From NCBI GenBank assembly GCA_002633005.1, contig NMRA01000958.1, positions 24,267 to 88,266 on the forward strand: 64,000 nucleotides of DNA. The letters run 5' to 3'. This document shows, piece after piece, positions 1-41,461 of this stretch (the first letter of the stretch is position 1; each line of letters begins with the position of its first letter). The translations under genes were made by a program, and so were the position numbers. The notes below the pieces were generated by a model that had not been told where the DNA came from, did not search any database, and worked only from the letters and a program-made list of their open reading frames with translations. This DNA comes from Phoronis australis (lineage: Eukaryota; Animalia; Phoronida).

Positions 1-209
1 CTATAGAGACAGCAGGTTATTGAATCAATGAGTGTAACAGTTGCTGGAAGAGTCTCAGAAGTTCATCACAAGTCAAGGCTTCGCAGGACTGGCTGGAGCA
101 TCATAAAACAGACATTACGTCGGACGTTTTGTTTGAGTAGGGTTGTGAACGTACAGTCGGGATTAATAAAGGATTAATTCGAATCAGTCTTCAGTCAATC
201 GTCGCACTG

Positions 210-628
210 AAAGATATTAGCACCAGTTTGTAACAACCTGCGCCCACCCACACACGGGGAAAAACGTGACATATAAAATATGTAGTATATTGGGGACGAT
301 CAGAATCTGGGGACACCTGTGGCTAGAGCAGGACACCGTGAATGATAGTAGAAGACAGAACAATTGGTAACGGTTTGTTGAAACCCTGTTTTGCATAAAT
401 TTATTGAGTTTTGTGTTTGGTATGGATGGCTGAAGCAAAGCACCCGTGGAATTCCTGGTCCCAAGTGTCATACCTTGTAGTATATAAATAGTGTATTGGA
501 GATGATTAGAAGCTGAGGATGCCTGTGGTACTGAGGGTAACTGAGGCTGAGCCCGAGGCGCAGAGACAGCCTCACAGATAGCCAGCCAGCAAGCTGTATG
601 AAGACTGTCGTCAAAATACAGCTAGGTA
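210..628 (-). mobile_element. Dispersed repeat (HINE-like, second family), copy A
   Basis: AGCTGTAT..ATACAGCT hairpin, a GGCT/GTCT-like tract and an internal ~205-bp duplication. Inverted homolog of 1229-1530. Confidence 0.5.
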
Positions 629-1228
629 CCACTGTTTGTATTTCTTCCATTGACATCAAAATTGCACACAGCCAGGGTAGTTCTGCTTGTCACCTCGCCG
701 TCAAACTTGTATCAAGATGTAAAGTTAAAGACCGGACGGGTTGCATGCAAAATCTGGGAATCAACCGACACTCACCTTGCCCGTTGCAGCCATTTAAGTG
801 AAAAACAATGCAATAAACGTCATTTTCTTGCCTAACTCTCCGCCTTTTATAACAATGAAAAGTACATTGTCGTTTTGAAAACAGTACGCTCGTGTTGCGC
901 GCATGCGCCATTTCCTAAATTTTTGCGACATCTCTCGGGAGATGATGATAGCTTGGCAGCAGCAAAATTTCTTCTGAAATTTGTTTTTTCAGTATCAAAA
1001 TTCTAAGAACTTATAATGAAGTGAAACAGACGGCGAAAAAAGAAACTGGCCAATAGGTGTCGCAATATTTCATGGCGCCAAAAGCCATCGCTAAAGATAG
1101 CTCCACAACTTTAGCAGCAGAATAACGGTAGAAAGCCATTTTTTCCAATGTAGTTAAATAATTTAGTTTACTCAAGGAAGACTAGTTTTTAATGACACTA
1201 ATTTTATGTCAGATTTTATTTTACCCCC

Positions 1229-1530
1229 TTTTTACCCACATCGGTGCAAAGCTGTATATTTAGTATACAGCTTTGTAGTACAGGTGTCATCAGCTTCTGA
1301 TCGTCCCCAATACACTCTATATAATACTACAAGGTATGACACTCCGGACTAGAAATTCCACGGGCGCTTCACTTCAGCTGTCCATAGCAAACACAAAATT
1401 CAATAAATTTACACAAAACAGAATTTCAACAAACCACGAGGAATTTTTATTTCTCCCAATACCATTTACGGTGTCCTGCTCCACCGAGTTCGCAAGAACT
1501 TCGCGGTCAAAGCACAAAAATCTTCCCAAA
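1229..1530 (+). mobile_element. Dispersed repeat (HINE-like, second family), copy B
   Basis: T-tract plus hairpin CAAAGCTGTATA-ttta-gTATACAGCTTTG. Reverse-complement similarity to 275-535, which is also visible as parallel spurious ORFs. Confidence 0.5.
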
Positions 1531-4218
1531 ACGCCCACGCATTGAGCTTTGTACTACTGCTAGTCCAACTCCAAGGCTACACTCCGAAACCCTATAGTCG
1601 TCCGCCTAAGCATAAAACCGGCTTGTTGTCTTACTCACCCAATTATTCCACTTCAAAGTTATGATCTGAATAGGACTTGATTTAACTCTCACAAATATAT
1701 AGTATTCGTTGATTCAAACGTTTTCTTTTACTTAAGCCGAGTTGTTCAACTGTGCATTGCTTTTCGGCAGCCATTTTATAATGACACCTATGGTCGTCAT
1801 GTGCTGCCGCCTTTTGAAAGGACAGAAAACCACACAGAAAAAGGCCAAGAAAATAGTGGAAANAATTTTGGGCTACAAAATGTAGAACAACCTTCCTGGG
1901 TGCTTCTCTACAGTAGACACGCGGAGAGTGAAGCGCTAACTGGTCCATAAGCGCTGACCTATTTTACGCAGAGAACCTGGCGGATGACCTAGTTTACGAA
2001 TTGCTGGTAATGTGCGAGTCGAACACTAACCCCAACCCCCAACCCCCCGCCCCCCTACTTTCTATTTGTCGAATATTGGGCAAAAACTGAAGGTCCGCCT
2101 CTGCAAAACAAAAAGTCTGAGTAAACGAGACAAAAGTACACAAAGTCCACAGGAATTCTGCGCGGATGCACAATTCGATCGCAGGCCTGAACGTTTTTTT
2201 CTTTTAGTCCTCGTTGATTTTTGTCAGCGGAGTAACTTGAAGGTCCGCATATCGAAAAATTCGAGCCCCCTATATTTTAGGCTGGGTGTGCGCATGAATT
2301 TGATGACTGCATTGTCCGGCTCGAGTAAATGAGACATAACTAAGAGTAATCACTACCCGACCAATAGTACCGTAACCATCTCTGCCTGTATACATATACA
2401 CTGGCGAATTTTCAAAATGCATTAACCAGAATTTTCGTGAAAAACGTACGAACACCACGGCGCTAAACAGCTGGAAAAACAACCAAGTAGGCCTATGGTT
2501 TTCGATTTTTAAAAATCAATGAATAAAAAAGCTAAAAACCACAAACATTGGGTAATACGATTGAAGATAAACGACCATGCGTATTGATATAGGCCTACTA
2601 GCTAGGTGATCAGAGTTAACAATATTCTTTTTTAAAATAATAATTAAATATCCTTTCAATCTCGTTTAATCAGATTTTTACAAGAAAACAGTTGTACTTT
2701 TAACTTGCGCCCAATCTTCATTTTTTAGGGCAGACAATGAAAAAGCTAGAATAGTTATGCAGTCAGTGCACCTGAGTGTCCAGAGATTAAACATCTTCAG
2801 TTTGGCTATCACAATATATTTGCACTTTTGTATAATTTTATGATTTGGGTTCCAATAAAGATTATTTTTGATCTAATGGCAGGTGTAATTTTGATTGCCG
2901 TGAAATGTTTAGTGTAACAGTAATCTGGAAAGCTCAGGGATGAGTCCCCAATAAGTAAATTAATTAAGTTTCGCTGGCGATAAAATCTACCACTGTTCTG
3001 GTACTAAGTTTAAGAATAGAATAAAACGATATCAAACCCATTCTGGTTACGAAAGACCAACTAGAGATGAGTACTACAAATGAAATAACAAAAACCGGTA
3101 TGAAGCATATTTAAAACCATTGTTCCTTTCGAAAGAGGCCCTTTTTAAGTCATTTTGTTATATTTAAAATGTTCCAAGCTTTTAAACTACTCTCCACAGT
3201 TGACTGCAAATGCCATAGAAAACCAATTTGGGTTTACTAACAACCACCATTAGAGCTAGCTTTTACCTTTCCACTTCATTAGCTCAGATCTACATCAATA
3301 CAAAGGGCGAGCTGAATAGACATCCTAAAAGTTGTCTGGGGCTAAGGAATCTGAGCAGCGACCAGTGTAAGCGAGAAATTCTCCACATGGACCTTATTCT
3401 GCTGTTTGATTGTCGGGGTTGAGATCCACAATTAATTCTTGATGCTGTCTGCTCATTTATTTTGATTTGTTCAGCACTTTATATCGTCACATGAGTTTGC
3501 TCAATGAGATAAACATAGCAGCTCATTGAGTTTGTTCTGCTGTGCAAAGAAGGTGAAGTATCGCCGCTAGGTAAATTGTGAATACTTTTAATCGTTGTTA
3601 CCATAAGCGCCAGTCCGCCAGATGGCGTTGCGCTGTAATTTTATGCAATTTGAATATTAATTGACATGAAATGAACAAGTAGTGTGTTTCCTTGAATTTC
3701 TTCTCCTTTATTTTGCACTAAATTAGACGTCCAGTAGTCGTCAATTCCAGTACGGGACATACACACGACAGCGACCCATCATCGGAATCGCGTTCACACT
3801 TTCCGGCCTGTCAAGAATTCAGTAGGCCGGGAAAAGATCTGATCATCTCTACACATTCAATATCTGTCACGCAAGTCTTCTCGAGATATTGGTATGTTTT
3901 CCAAGTAAATCACGTGGTCACACTAACTTCCTTCGCGAGATTCTCGCGTCTACGTAAGTCAACTCATTTCAGTAGGATTATATTTTTCTGCTATATCAAC
4001 AGCTATCCTTTTGTGTAGACGGCACGATAGTGCACCTTTTTACAGCTTAAAAATTAAAGGCATTAGTTGCCAATGTTGAATTCTAACCCTTACAAAAATT
4101 AACTCGATTTTTCGTTCACAACGTTTGTATGACGAAAAACGAAATTTTTGGAAGATAGGGACATAATGGATTTTACGGATGGAAACGGCGTTTTAGGGGT
4201 GGAATAGACATTTACCAG

Positions 4219-4360
4219 GGCCCAGTTGTATAAAAGTCATACGCAATATAGCAACAACTACGTCGCATTATCACGCGTCACGTCGTTATTATTGAACAAT
4301 GTACCTGACGTCATGCAAGAATCATACTTATCCAGCAGATACGTTCCATGCAACCCAGCC
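4219..4360 (+). mobile_element. PIF/Harbinger-type MITE (~142 bp)
   Basis: Imperfect TIRs GGCCCAGTTGTAT/ATGCAACCCAGCC, TSD CAG/CAG. Homologous to 22463-22612. Confidence 0.75.
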
Positions 4361-4933
4361 CAGGAGTGTGTTTTTGTGGATATTTAACAAGTCGCCAATT
4401 CTCGCCGCTGTCTCCCAATCATTCGCTGAAATCAATGGCGGTCTTTGATTCAGCTTCGCCAGCGGAGCTTTAGACAGCAACCGCGATTGGTTCGAGTTTC
4501 GATTGTTTCAACAATATCGTGACCCCAATTTGATAGTTTGAATTAGTCATGCTTGTTTTAACATGCAAGTCTAAAAACAACCCTTTTTACGCAGATTCAA
4601 TTTTCTGTTCGTGAAAGCCAACGCCTCAGTCATGACGTACATGTATATTGGAGTTCATCAGTTGCTCTGTGATGACGAGAACGATTGGGAAACGGTGGCA
4701 ATGATGACGACGCCTATTGCGTTGCATTGTTGAAACGTTTTCCACTTGATTATACTCAATATTTAACGTTTAAAACACGAATATTTCATTTGAATGATAT
4801 TTATTGTATAAAATTTGAAAATAATAGACTTATGAGTCCATTCTCTCATTCACTCCGAAAAACAGCGGTGATGGTTCTCAACATCGATTACACTTTCCAA
4901 TCACAGCCTCGGCCTTTAACCGTCTTCAGGTGA

Positions 4934-5196
4934 TCATCTTTGAAATCCTTCAGTCTTCTTTATGATTGGCAGCATGCTTTGTGGCCGGCTTTTTGTGTCA
5001 TCCGACCGGCACAGCAATCCTAGAAAGAGGAAGGTGTGTATCGCTTCTTTGTAAATGGCAGGAGTTTTTTCTCGCAAGGCATGACAAACGTCGATAATGC
5101 TAACTCCAAACAAATAAACATCCGTGAGCACAGATGTTAACTCCCCGTCGCGAACCTCGATCGGGTGCCAGGTGCTCACATGAGTTGCTGTCGTAT
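4934..5196 (-). pseudogene. Protein kinase pseudogene, C-lobe terminal exon
   Basis: Phase-compatible acceptor. HLAP-[4-nt insertion]-EVRDGELTSVLTDVYLFGV...LCRSDDTKSRPQSM corresponds to subdomains VIII, IX and XI. Confidence 0.82.
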
Positions 5197-5301
5197 CTGA
5201 AGAGATATCAGTCAGTAGTTGCTTGTAGGCCTACTACCTAAAGACACGATAACGTCTTTGGCATTAGTAAAACAACCACTGCGCCTAGCATCGTTTACAA
5301 G

Positions 5302-6152
5302 CATAGGCGGATTTAGGGGGGGCAGGGGGCCCGCCCCCCCCCCCCTTGGCTGCCGCAAAAAAATAAAACAGTAGGACTAAGAGCGTAGGGAAATTTTGAG
5401 TTTATTAATTAACCCCGGTAATTAAAATTATACGGATGAAAAAAGATTTAAATGTGTGCAGTTGTAGTGTTTGGGAGGGGGCCTCAAATCCAGTTTCAAG
5501 TGTCAAATTCTGAACACGGCGCATTCGTAACGGAACTATGGCTAAGTATAGGCTCTCCCGCGATATCCCAGGCGACCGGCAGTGACGCTGCGCACTAAGA
5601 CTCCTTTTCCGTCGTCTGCTCCACTGTGCAATGAAGAAAATTTACTTCATTTTTTAAAGAAAATGGAACCTGAGTGACGATGAAAAAACAGAAGCTGCTG
5701 GTAAGATGTGAATTTTAATCGAAGCCTTAGTGAATCACTCAGAAACTCGCAATACTCTCTAAACCTTATCTTAGGACGATTTCCAAAGCAATCCCGTCAT
5801 TATTGCCAACACGAAAAACGGATTTGGTCTTTTGGGCATTTGAAGACTACTTTAAATACAACAAATATGTTAAGAATTGATGGCACAAAATATAAAACGT
5901 GTAATAAGCATTACAAAAAGAAGTAGGTTTCGCGCGCAAACGCTGTGGACCATAAACAAGTAGGTCTCTTAGTATNNNNNNNNNNNNNNNNNNNNNNNNN
6001 NNNNNNNNNNNNNNNNNNNNNNNNNNNNNNNNNNNNCCCCCCTCCCGACCTCCCCCCATTCGGTGCTATGCGCATCTACAATTGTGGTTCACTTTGCGCA
6101 AATGCTTACAAAATGTTGGCCCCCCCCTTGTGATATCCTAGATCCGCCAGTG
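5302..6152 (+). mobile_element. Non-autonomous DNA transposon with 5-bp TSD (hAT5- or Transib-like)
   Basis: TIRs CATAGGCGGATTTAGG/CCTAGATCCGCCAGTG, TSD ACAAG on both sides. Contains an N gap and lies in a kinase pseudogene intron. Confidence 0.8.
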
Positions 6153-6899
6153 ACAAGAGACCCGTGTCTCAAGTTGACTAACTTGCTACAACAAAATAAC
6201 CAACCGTGACAAACTTGCTTAAGTGATCTAACTGTCCGCTAATTCTTAATCCAGAAAGCGCCCATTTTGAATAAGGAACAGAGCATTTTCATAAGAGTTG
6301 GCGGACTAATAAAAGCAATGAGTTGAGTTCCTTAGATCTAAGCTGTTTACGCTTCACTTACGGCAAGAAATCGTCGCGTTTGGGACGGTAGCAGCGAATT
6401 TTATCCCATGATTCAGCATGTCGAGCTCGAACAATCACTTTGCTTTACTTCCTTTATTGGAAGTGTAAGCGCGAGAAGCGTACGCCATTCCCGTGGTATT
6501 GCGTGATTTTGAGTTTTCGTTAGACGCTTGGGTCTACGAAGCGCACCATTTCATCCATGGCAATGCCGGAATTGTAAGTTTTAACAAGAATCCTTCTGTG
6601 ATTCTTTTTGTACGCCTCATGAACGACCCTCCGACGGTCAGGTTTACATGCCTGAGTTGATCAAGTGTTCTATAGACCTAGCTAGGTTAGTAAGTCTTCA
6701 GTGTATTTGTTACAATATTAATTTCCATCTCTAGTCGTTTTACTTGTTTGGTTGATTTGAATTGAAACTAGAAAAGATTTTTCGACTTTTAATTTTTCTT
6801 TCAGAGTTTTCTGGGAATCATGTAGATTTTCAACGATCATTGATAACCGTCGAGGTAATGCAAGGACACTCAGCGTTTGTTCTTAACAAATACACTTAC

Positions 6900-7419
6900 C
6901 GAAATCCTTTCTTTATGGTCGCAAGACAAAAATCAATCAATTTCACCTTGTTGGTTTGACGTTTCACCATTACATTCTCGGTGTGGAAATCATTAAGCAA
7001 TATATCTCTTATGTGGGCGCGATGAACTGCTTTTGCAGCTTTCAGCAATACTTTCACAATTTCTGGAATCGGCAGCGATACCTCGCCCACATTTTCACGA
7101 TGGTGGTCTATTTAATCACTTGTGTAAAACCGACTATTAGTTCCATGACAAGACCAGTTATCGGTGGGGCTTCGTCGTCAACCGTTGATGCCAAATACAA
7201 GCCGAACGGCTTAGGGGCTCATCTGTACCGAACAAGGACCCGTAGACATCGGTATTCTGTCTCAGCTGTTGAGTTCACGTCGGTTTCATGCACGTGATTT
7301 TTTACACAAGCTTTTTGCTCAATACCGGTAGCGTCATTTAAGAAAATCCCAAGGCACACTTTGCCTGAAATTCCTTCTCCCATCACGGCGTAGTCCCCGT
7401 CTCCTCTTACATATCGTAT
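6900..7419 (-). pseudogene. Protein kinase pseudogene, N-lobe and catalytic-loop exon
   Basis: tttacag|IRYVRGDGDYAVMGEGISGKVCLG...ACVK [frameshift] ...ETEYRCLRVL..*APKPFG...LVMELIVG [frameshift/stop] ...ILLNDFHTENVMV...VKLIDFCLA|gtaagt. Confidence 0.85.
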
Positions 7420-7851
7420 CTGTAAAGAGAAAAAATGTTGAACCGACCTAGATTTGTCAGTTTAGCTAGTTCAAGTTGGATGCGCTGGCTCAGGTTCCTC
7501 AATTTCGTCAAGGGTCCGCGCTATTACTGCTAAGCACGTATTAGGCAGGTCCATAACACCAGTTTGCACGATGCCTGGAGTGTGTTTTTAGAGACTTCTT
7601 TTATGATTCCTCGTACCACCTGTTCATCCTAAAACTGAACTGTTTACGTGTTGTGAGAGGAGTTTGATATCCGTAAGAATATTGCAATTCAGTATCCAGA
7701 GAATCATTTGTGTTGCTACTGTTTTTAGTTGAATCCAATTATTGCAATGTTGAGATTACCCAGATTTCTGAGATTCATAAATTAACAAAGGACATGCAAC
7801 AAAAGTTCAATTTACTTCACATTAGTGAGCAATGAAAGTTTAAAAAGTTAC

Positions 7852-8900
7852 CTGGATACTCTCTTTGGCAGATAAGTCGTCTTTGGGTCTAGTTTTCTGA
7901 ACATTTTTTATCCAATTTTCGTTCATGGTCAGCAAGAATAGACTGCGGCATGTCTGCGTCAGGTTTTACAGCTATGGGTGATCTTGCGTAATAAGGAGCC
8001 CAGTTTCTAACAGGTTTTCTGTGGGACGGCAACTGACGAAAACTCTCTTGAGCAGTCACTCTCGGATTATGCCGCGTCGGCACGCTGAAACAAGGGATAT
8101 GCCTGCGTTGTTCTTTTAGCGCCGGCGGCTTGAGACGTCTTCGAAGTTTGGGTTTGTTAAACGTGCCACGTCTGTTCATGAATTCAAGCGGTCGACGAAT
8201 TATGTTTTTGACGCACGATTTGGCTTTTCGAATATATTTTAACCCAAACGCACTTCGCAATACATTGGGTCGCACGACTTTACTTGCGGCAGCTTTGGTG
8301 TCATAAATGTCCATACTGGGTAAGTCTTAGCCCTGCCCACAACGATCCATTGCGCCTGCGTTAGGAATTTTGGGACTATAGAGGCGAAGCATGATGCTGA
8401 TCTCTGTATTATTCCGTCCTTTACAGCTAATCGCTGAATGCTTATCCTTGTTTTGGTAATGCACGATATTGTTCTATACTTGATTTTTAATTTAACACCG
8501 CGCACGTTGCAACAGAACTCGTCGTAGCATATCCCGCCTTGACGACAAACTTGGAAACTTAATTTCTGGAAAACGTAAGTACAGAACGGATCGAGCGATT
8601 TGCAAATCTCATCTCTATGGCATCGCTGAACATTTTCAACTCGCTGACAAAAAACTGTAGGAGAGAAACAGGCTTAAGCAGCTGCATGAAGTCGCACGAC
8701 AGCTCTGGGGGTTTCACGGAGATATTCGGCACTGTGACCAGCGACAGACTTAAAGGTCTAACCCTGTGCTTCCTTCTGTCTGTTATGCCGAAAGCGACAT
8801 TTTTTGTAGATTTGTTCGCAAGAGCTTCTGTGGACAACTGGAATTGTTTGGAATTAGTTTGCTTTCCACTATTTTGCAGGTCAATGCACCTTATTCACAC
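7852..8900 (-). pseudogene. Probable decayed upstream exon(s) of the kinase pseudogene
   Basis: Chain of broken minus-strand ORFs (8559-8837, 8239-8505, 7889-8314) ending near a CAG|GTAAC donor at ~7852. No recognisable domain. Confidence 0.35.
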
Positions 8901-11716
8901 AGTAGACATTTTGAAAGTGAGCCTCTTTTTAGGTTTTAAAAACAATGCATTCCGCGCTTAATCACAGTGCAAGGTGTGACTTTTTCGCATGCCTCGTTAA
9001 TATTAATGTCTCAAATGCGTTGTTTTTAACTAAAAAGAGTCCCACTTTTGAAATGGGGACTGGGTGAATGAGATCTGTAGCCCCTCAGTGTTTGAAAACG
9101 TCTTTCAAAGAAACACGTAGCATGACATGTCAAGAAAAGTATATTAGATACGTTTTTAGTCCTTGGGTTGACTGTAAAAATGTTGTTGTGTATTATGTAA
9201 AACTAGATCTTTTATGTACTTTTCGCTAATTCGAACCAGGGGCGGATTCAGGATTTTGAGTTAGGGGGTCAGAGCATAGCGTTAGCCAAGATTGCGCCCG
9301 TCAAACATTCGCACCTTGAACAGCCAAGTGGAACCTGGGTGTTATGTATCTTACTTTGTCAAATAAAGTAGACACTCCATGAACTACGCAGTGAAACGAA
9401 CAGAATTGAACTGAACACTGAACTGATTTATTCTACATATCATAACAATATATATACACACAACTACATAACAACATATGATGCGTTACCTANCCCCCCC
9501 CCCAAAAAAAAAAACTGCCACTGTGAACGTCCTAGCAAAAACTGAACCAATTTCAACCAAATCTGAACTTGTTCAAGATTACTGACTTTCAGATGTTACG
9601 AATAAATGACGATTTTTACTACGGACTAGCCGGGACTCATTCAGGCGTCTCCAAACGTTGAGAGATTTCATTGACTTGAAAACCTCTCCCGTATTTCTGA
9701 GCAGAAAGTATTCAATTTTGTCCACAACTTGAAACTTTCTTTTGCCTAAGCACCTTGCTCTCCTCAACGCTGTTGGTGATTGATGAAATTTGACGACGCA
9801 TTATGGAGTAACGGATGATAGGTCGGCATAGGTTTCAGGGTGATTTAAAGGACTGGTCCCTCTACGCTACCCCACCCCCTCTCGTTTCAGAATGAATGAA
9901 GTCTTTATCATTCACAAGACTATCCCTACTGCCAATTCGTTTCCAAAAGTGGTAGTCAATTTGGCAATTTGTCAAATTTCTGCCTTTGCCAGTCTCTGCT
10001 GACAATGGCACCGCTCCATAGTTCAGTTGACATAGCGAGTTCAATCACGTTTTGTATCTGGGACAGAAATCTGATTTACTCTCTATAGAATCTCATAACT
10101 GTTTTGAAAAACATGGGTAATGTTTGGATAACGCTTCTAGAAAATTGACCGATAATCATTCTCTTGCTACTGGTGGGTTCAAAGGTAATTTTATGTTATG
10201 CAGTCTATTTTGATAAATAGCAGTTAAGAAAAAAATAGTACATTTTCATCAATACATTAAAATGAAACAATAGGTTTTACTGCCGGAAAATATATTTTGG
10301 GGGCAAATTCTGAGGAGCATTGGCTTCATGAAGTTAACAGTAAAATCCTTCTGATTTTGTTGTAAATCACCGATTCCTTACAAAGGTTTCCAGTCAAAGT
10401 TATCTGAAACTGGGGTGGTGACTTCATCAGCTCGACATTTCGTTATTGGGCGCCGTGAAGATTGTCGAGACCTGTGTCGTGTATTGATGATCAAAGCTGG
10501 CGCGCAAAAAAACTAAGAATTAATCTCCTCAGTATGCGAGAAAAAGTAACGAAGAGTCAAAGCACATTGGAGGAATAACCTCACGAGAAAAAGCATTGGG
10601 ACGATATGAAGTGATGGATTCCCGTGCGACATGAGTTGAACATTTTTAGAAATGCCGAGATTGCTCGAGTACTGAGACAGCCGGAAGGTTTGCTTTCCAA
10701 CCCTGTCTTCCAGGAATAGCCACCATTCAAGCATATCTGAGATTAATATCAAGCAAAACCTAAAATTATCTTTGAATAGCTTATAATGTTTCTGGTCTTT
10801 AACTCATTAACCCGGCGATTGAATCCGTCGCAGACTCTCAACAGTTTTCTGATGATTTCGGCCAGCCGATCGGAAACACACTGTAACTACATTGTGTATA
10901 AATTAAACAAAACAAAATTTTCCTATTTCAACATAAGCTCTTCCACAACTCTCCTCGGATACAAATGTAGATAAACTATGAAAATAAAAGTTTATGCATT
11001 TTTCGCAAATATTGCAAGAGGGAATCAAGTCCATGGCCTATTTTTTCTCATTTGATGAATTTTTGCTTGCCTCATTTTCAAGAATCTCGTCTTCATCGTC
11101 CACTGCTGTACTCTTCATGCACAAAAGTTGACAACAAAGACATGATAAACATGCCCGAACATTTTTAAGAAATTTTCCCATATTAATCATTCGCAAAATT
11201 ATTTCAATTTTCATACAGGCAGTCATGAAAAATGGGTCACAGTGACGTTCTTTATTCTTACGTCACTTTATTGTCCGAGGTCAAATTAGTAAAGGGCATT
11301 TAATTCATACTCTAACCTTTGTTAACGCAAAGACAAGGGATTTGAACTATCAGTCCTTGTCTCTAGTGAAATCAACATAAACTAAAAAACAGTGACTCTG
11401 TCTTGAAACATTTAATTATACCAAAAACGTTTTGTTTTGATTTAATACCGAATCGTAAAATTGTACGATTATGAATTTTTTGACGTGCGAAATACTAGGT
11501 ATATAAAATACTGGATTATAAAATAATTACCGTCTATGTACGAGGCATATGCACGTAGGCGCAACCTTACATTTAGGCATGTTTGTCTAAAACAACCGAA
11601 AATCATATAGTATATTCTTGAGCAATTTTCTTGCAGGAAGTGTGAGTAATTTTATGTTCAAAATTGGTAATGTGTTTCATTTTCCATTTTATGTGTTTCT
11701 GCTTGGTGTCAAAGTT

Positions 11717-11872
11717 TGGGATTAAGATAATTCAATAATCTAACCATTGGGATTAAGATAATTCAATAATCTAACCATTGGGATTAAGATAATTCAATAA
11801 TCTAACCATTGGGATTAAGATAATTCAATAATCTAACCATTGGGATTAAGATAATTCAATAATCTAACCATT
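11717..11872. repeat. 31-bp minisatellite x5
   Basis: TGGGATTAAGATAATTCAATAATCTAACCAT repeated perfectly, with no spacers. Confidence 0.95.
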
Positions 11873-12932
11873 GATCACTAAATGTGACAATAGTCACGAA
11901 AATAAAAAATTGTTCATGTAATGATTTGAAACACAAGATTCATTCAATATAACGATTTGGTCGGCTTGCCAGGGACGGTATAGTTCACTGATGCGTCAGC
12001 CATTGTCTCAAGGAATAATGAACGGTCCGGTTGGTTTAAAACCGCTTTAATTTGAAATTTTAGTGCTAAATGTAACCAAGTTTACGTCAGCTTTTACAGT
12101 TTTGTAAGGAGTAATGGCTACGTTACTTTGATGTCAGTTTTACCAGGAAGAGATAACCAGGTTTTACTGAAGCCTTTCACATTCACAGTATGTGCACTCA
12201 CATAGGCTCATATGATATTTAGGTGCACAATTTGAGTCTGCCGTCAATACGCATGTACGATAGCCATAATATTCCCAATTTTCGGAACGCAAATGATCAC
12301 TAAGTTGATTTCATAGATTACCTTTGCGGAAAATTGCATGGCCAGCGTACCATTTTGTTTCATTCAGTTCGAGATAGGCCATTGTTTGTGTATTGACCCG
12401 ATTGCTACATGTATCAGAAGACTTATTCTAACACTGGTTTGGGTCAGCCAGTGCATATGTACCAACACAAGCCACCAAGACACATCCAATCTGCACGTTT
12501 TCGCCACTTGCCAAAAAATTAAGCCCCGTTTTGATGATTTCAACCAATTCTCGTTGTCACCTGCTAATGCATCACCTACGCCATCTTTAAGCAAGATTCA
12601 CCTAAAAACTTATACTCCCTATGTCACATTGTATGTTGTGATTCCTGGTGGGTTAACTTTACACAGTTGTCTTGTTCGCTAAAAGTGTAGGCCACGCTTG
12701 CCCGTTAGCAGAGTTCGAAAGCTTTCAAACTTTGCCCCAATCTTTTGGGGGTCGTGGAGGGTTACAGAGCATAATTTTGTTTCAGATATTTGGATGGGTA
12801 AGTCGTTTATAATACCTTGCAATACGTATCCTTTTAAGAAGTGATTACCCCGGTAACAGTAACAGCACATCTCTATCAGCTGCAAGTCCAAGTGGAAGAA
12901 GGATGAACACAATTACTGGGAGTTGGCATGTT

Positions 12933-12938
12933 TTTATT
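12933..12938 (-). terminator. Candidate GARS1 polyadenylation signal AATAAA
   Basis: First minus-strand AATAAA noticed downstream of the stop codon, ~220 nt away. Confidence 0.4.
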
Positions 12939-13155
12939 GACTCAAAGATATCCAGGCGGAACTTAAAACTAGTGGTACAACTATTCTTCGGCATATCTTT
13001 TCTTAATTTTAGGTTTATGCAATTATACATTTCAGCTAACATTGATCACATTTGAAGGTAATATACTGAAGCTTAAGCAAAGCGTATTGAGGACAATGTC
13101 CTATTTTTCCTGCAAATCATTTCGCGGTACATAATTTTATCAGGATGAGAAGTGT

Positions 13156-41461
<28,306 letters not shown>

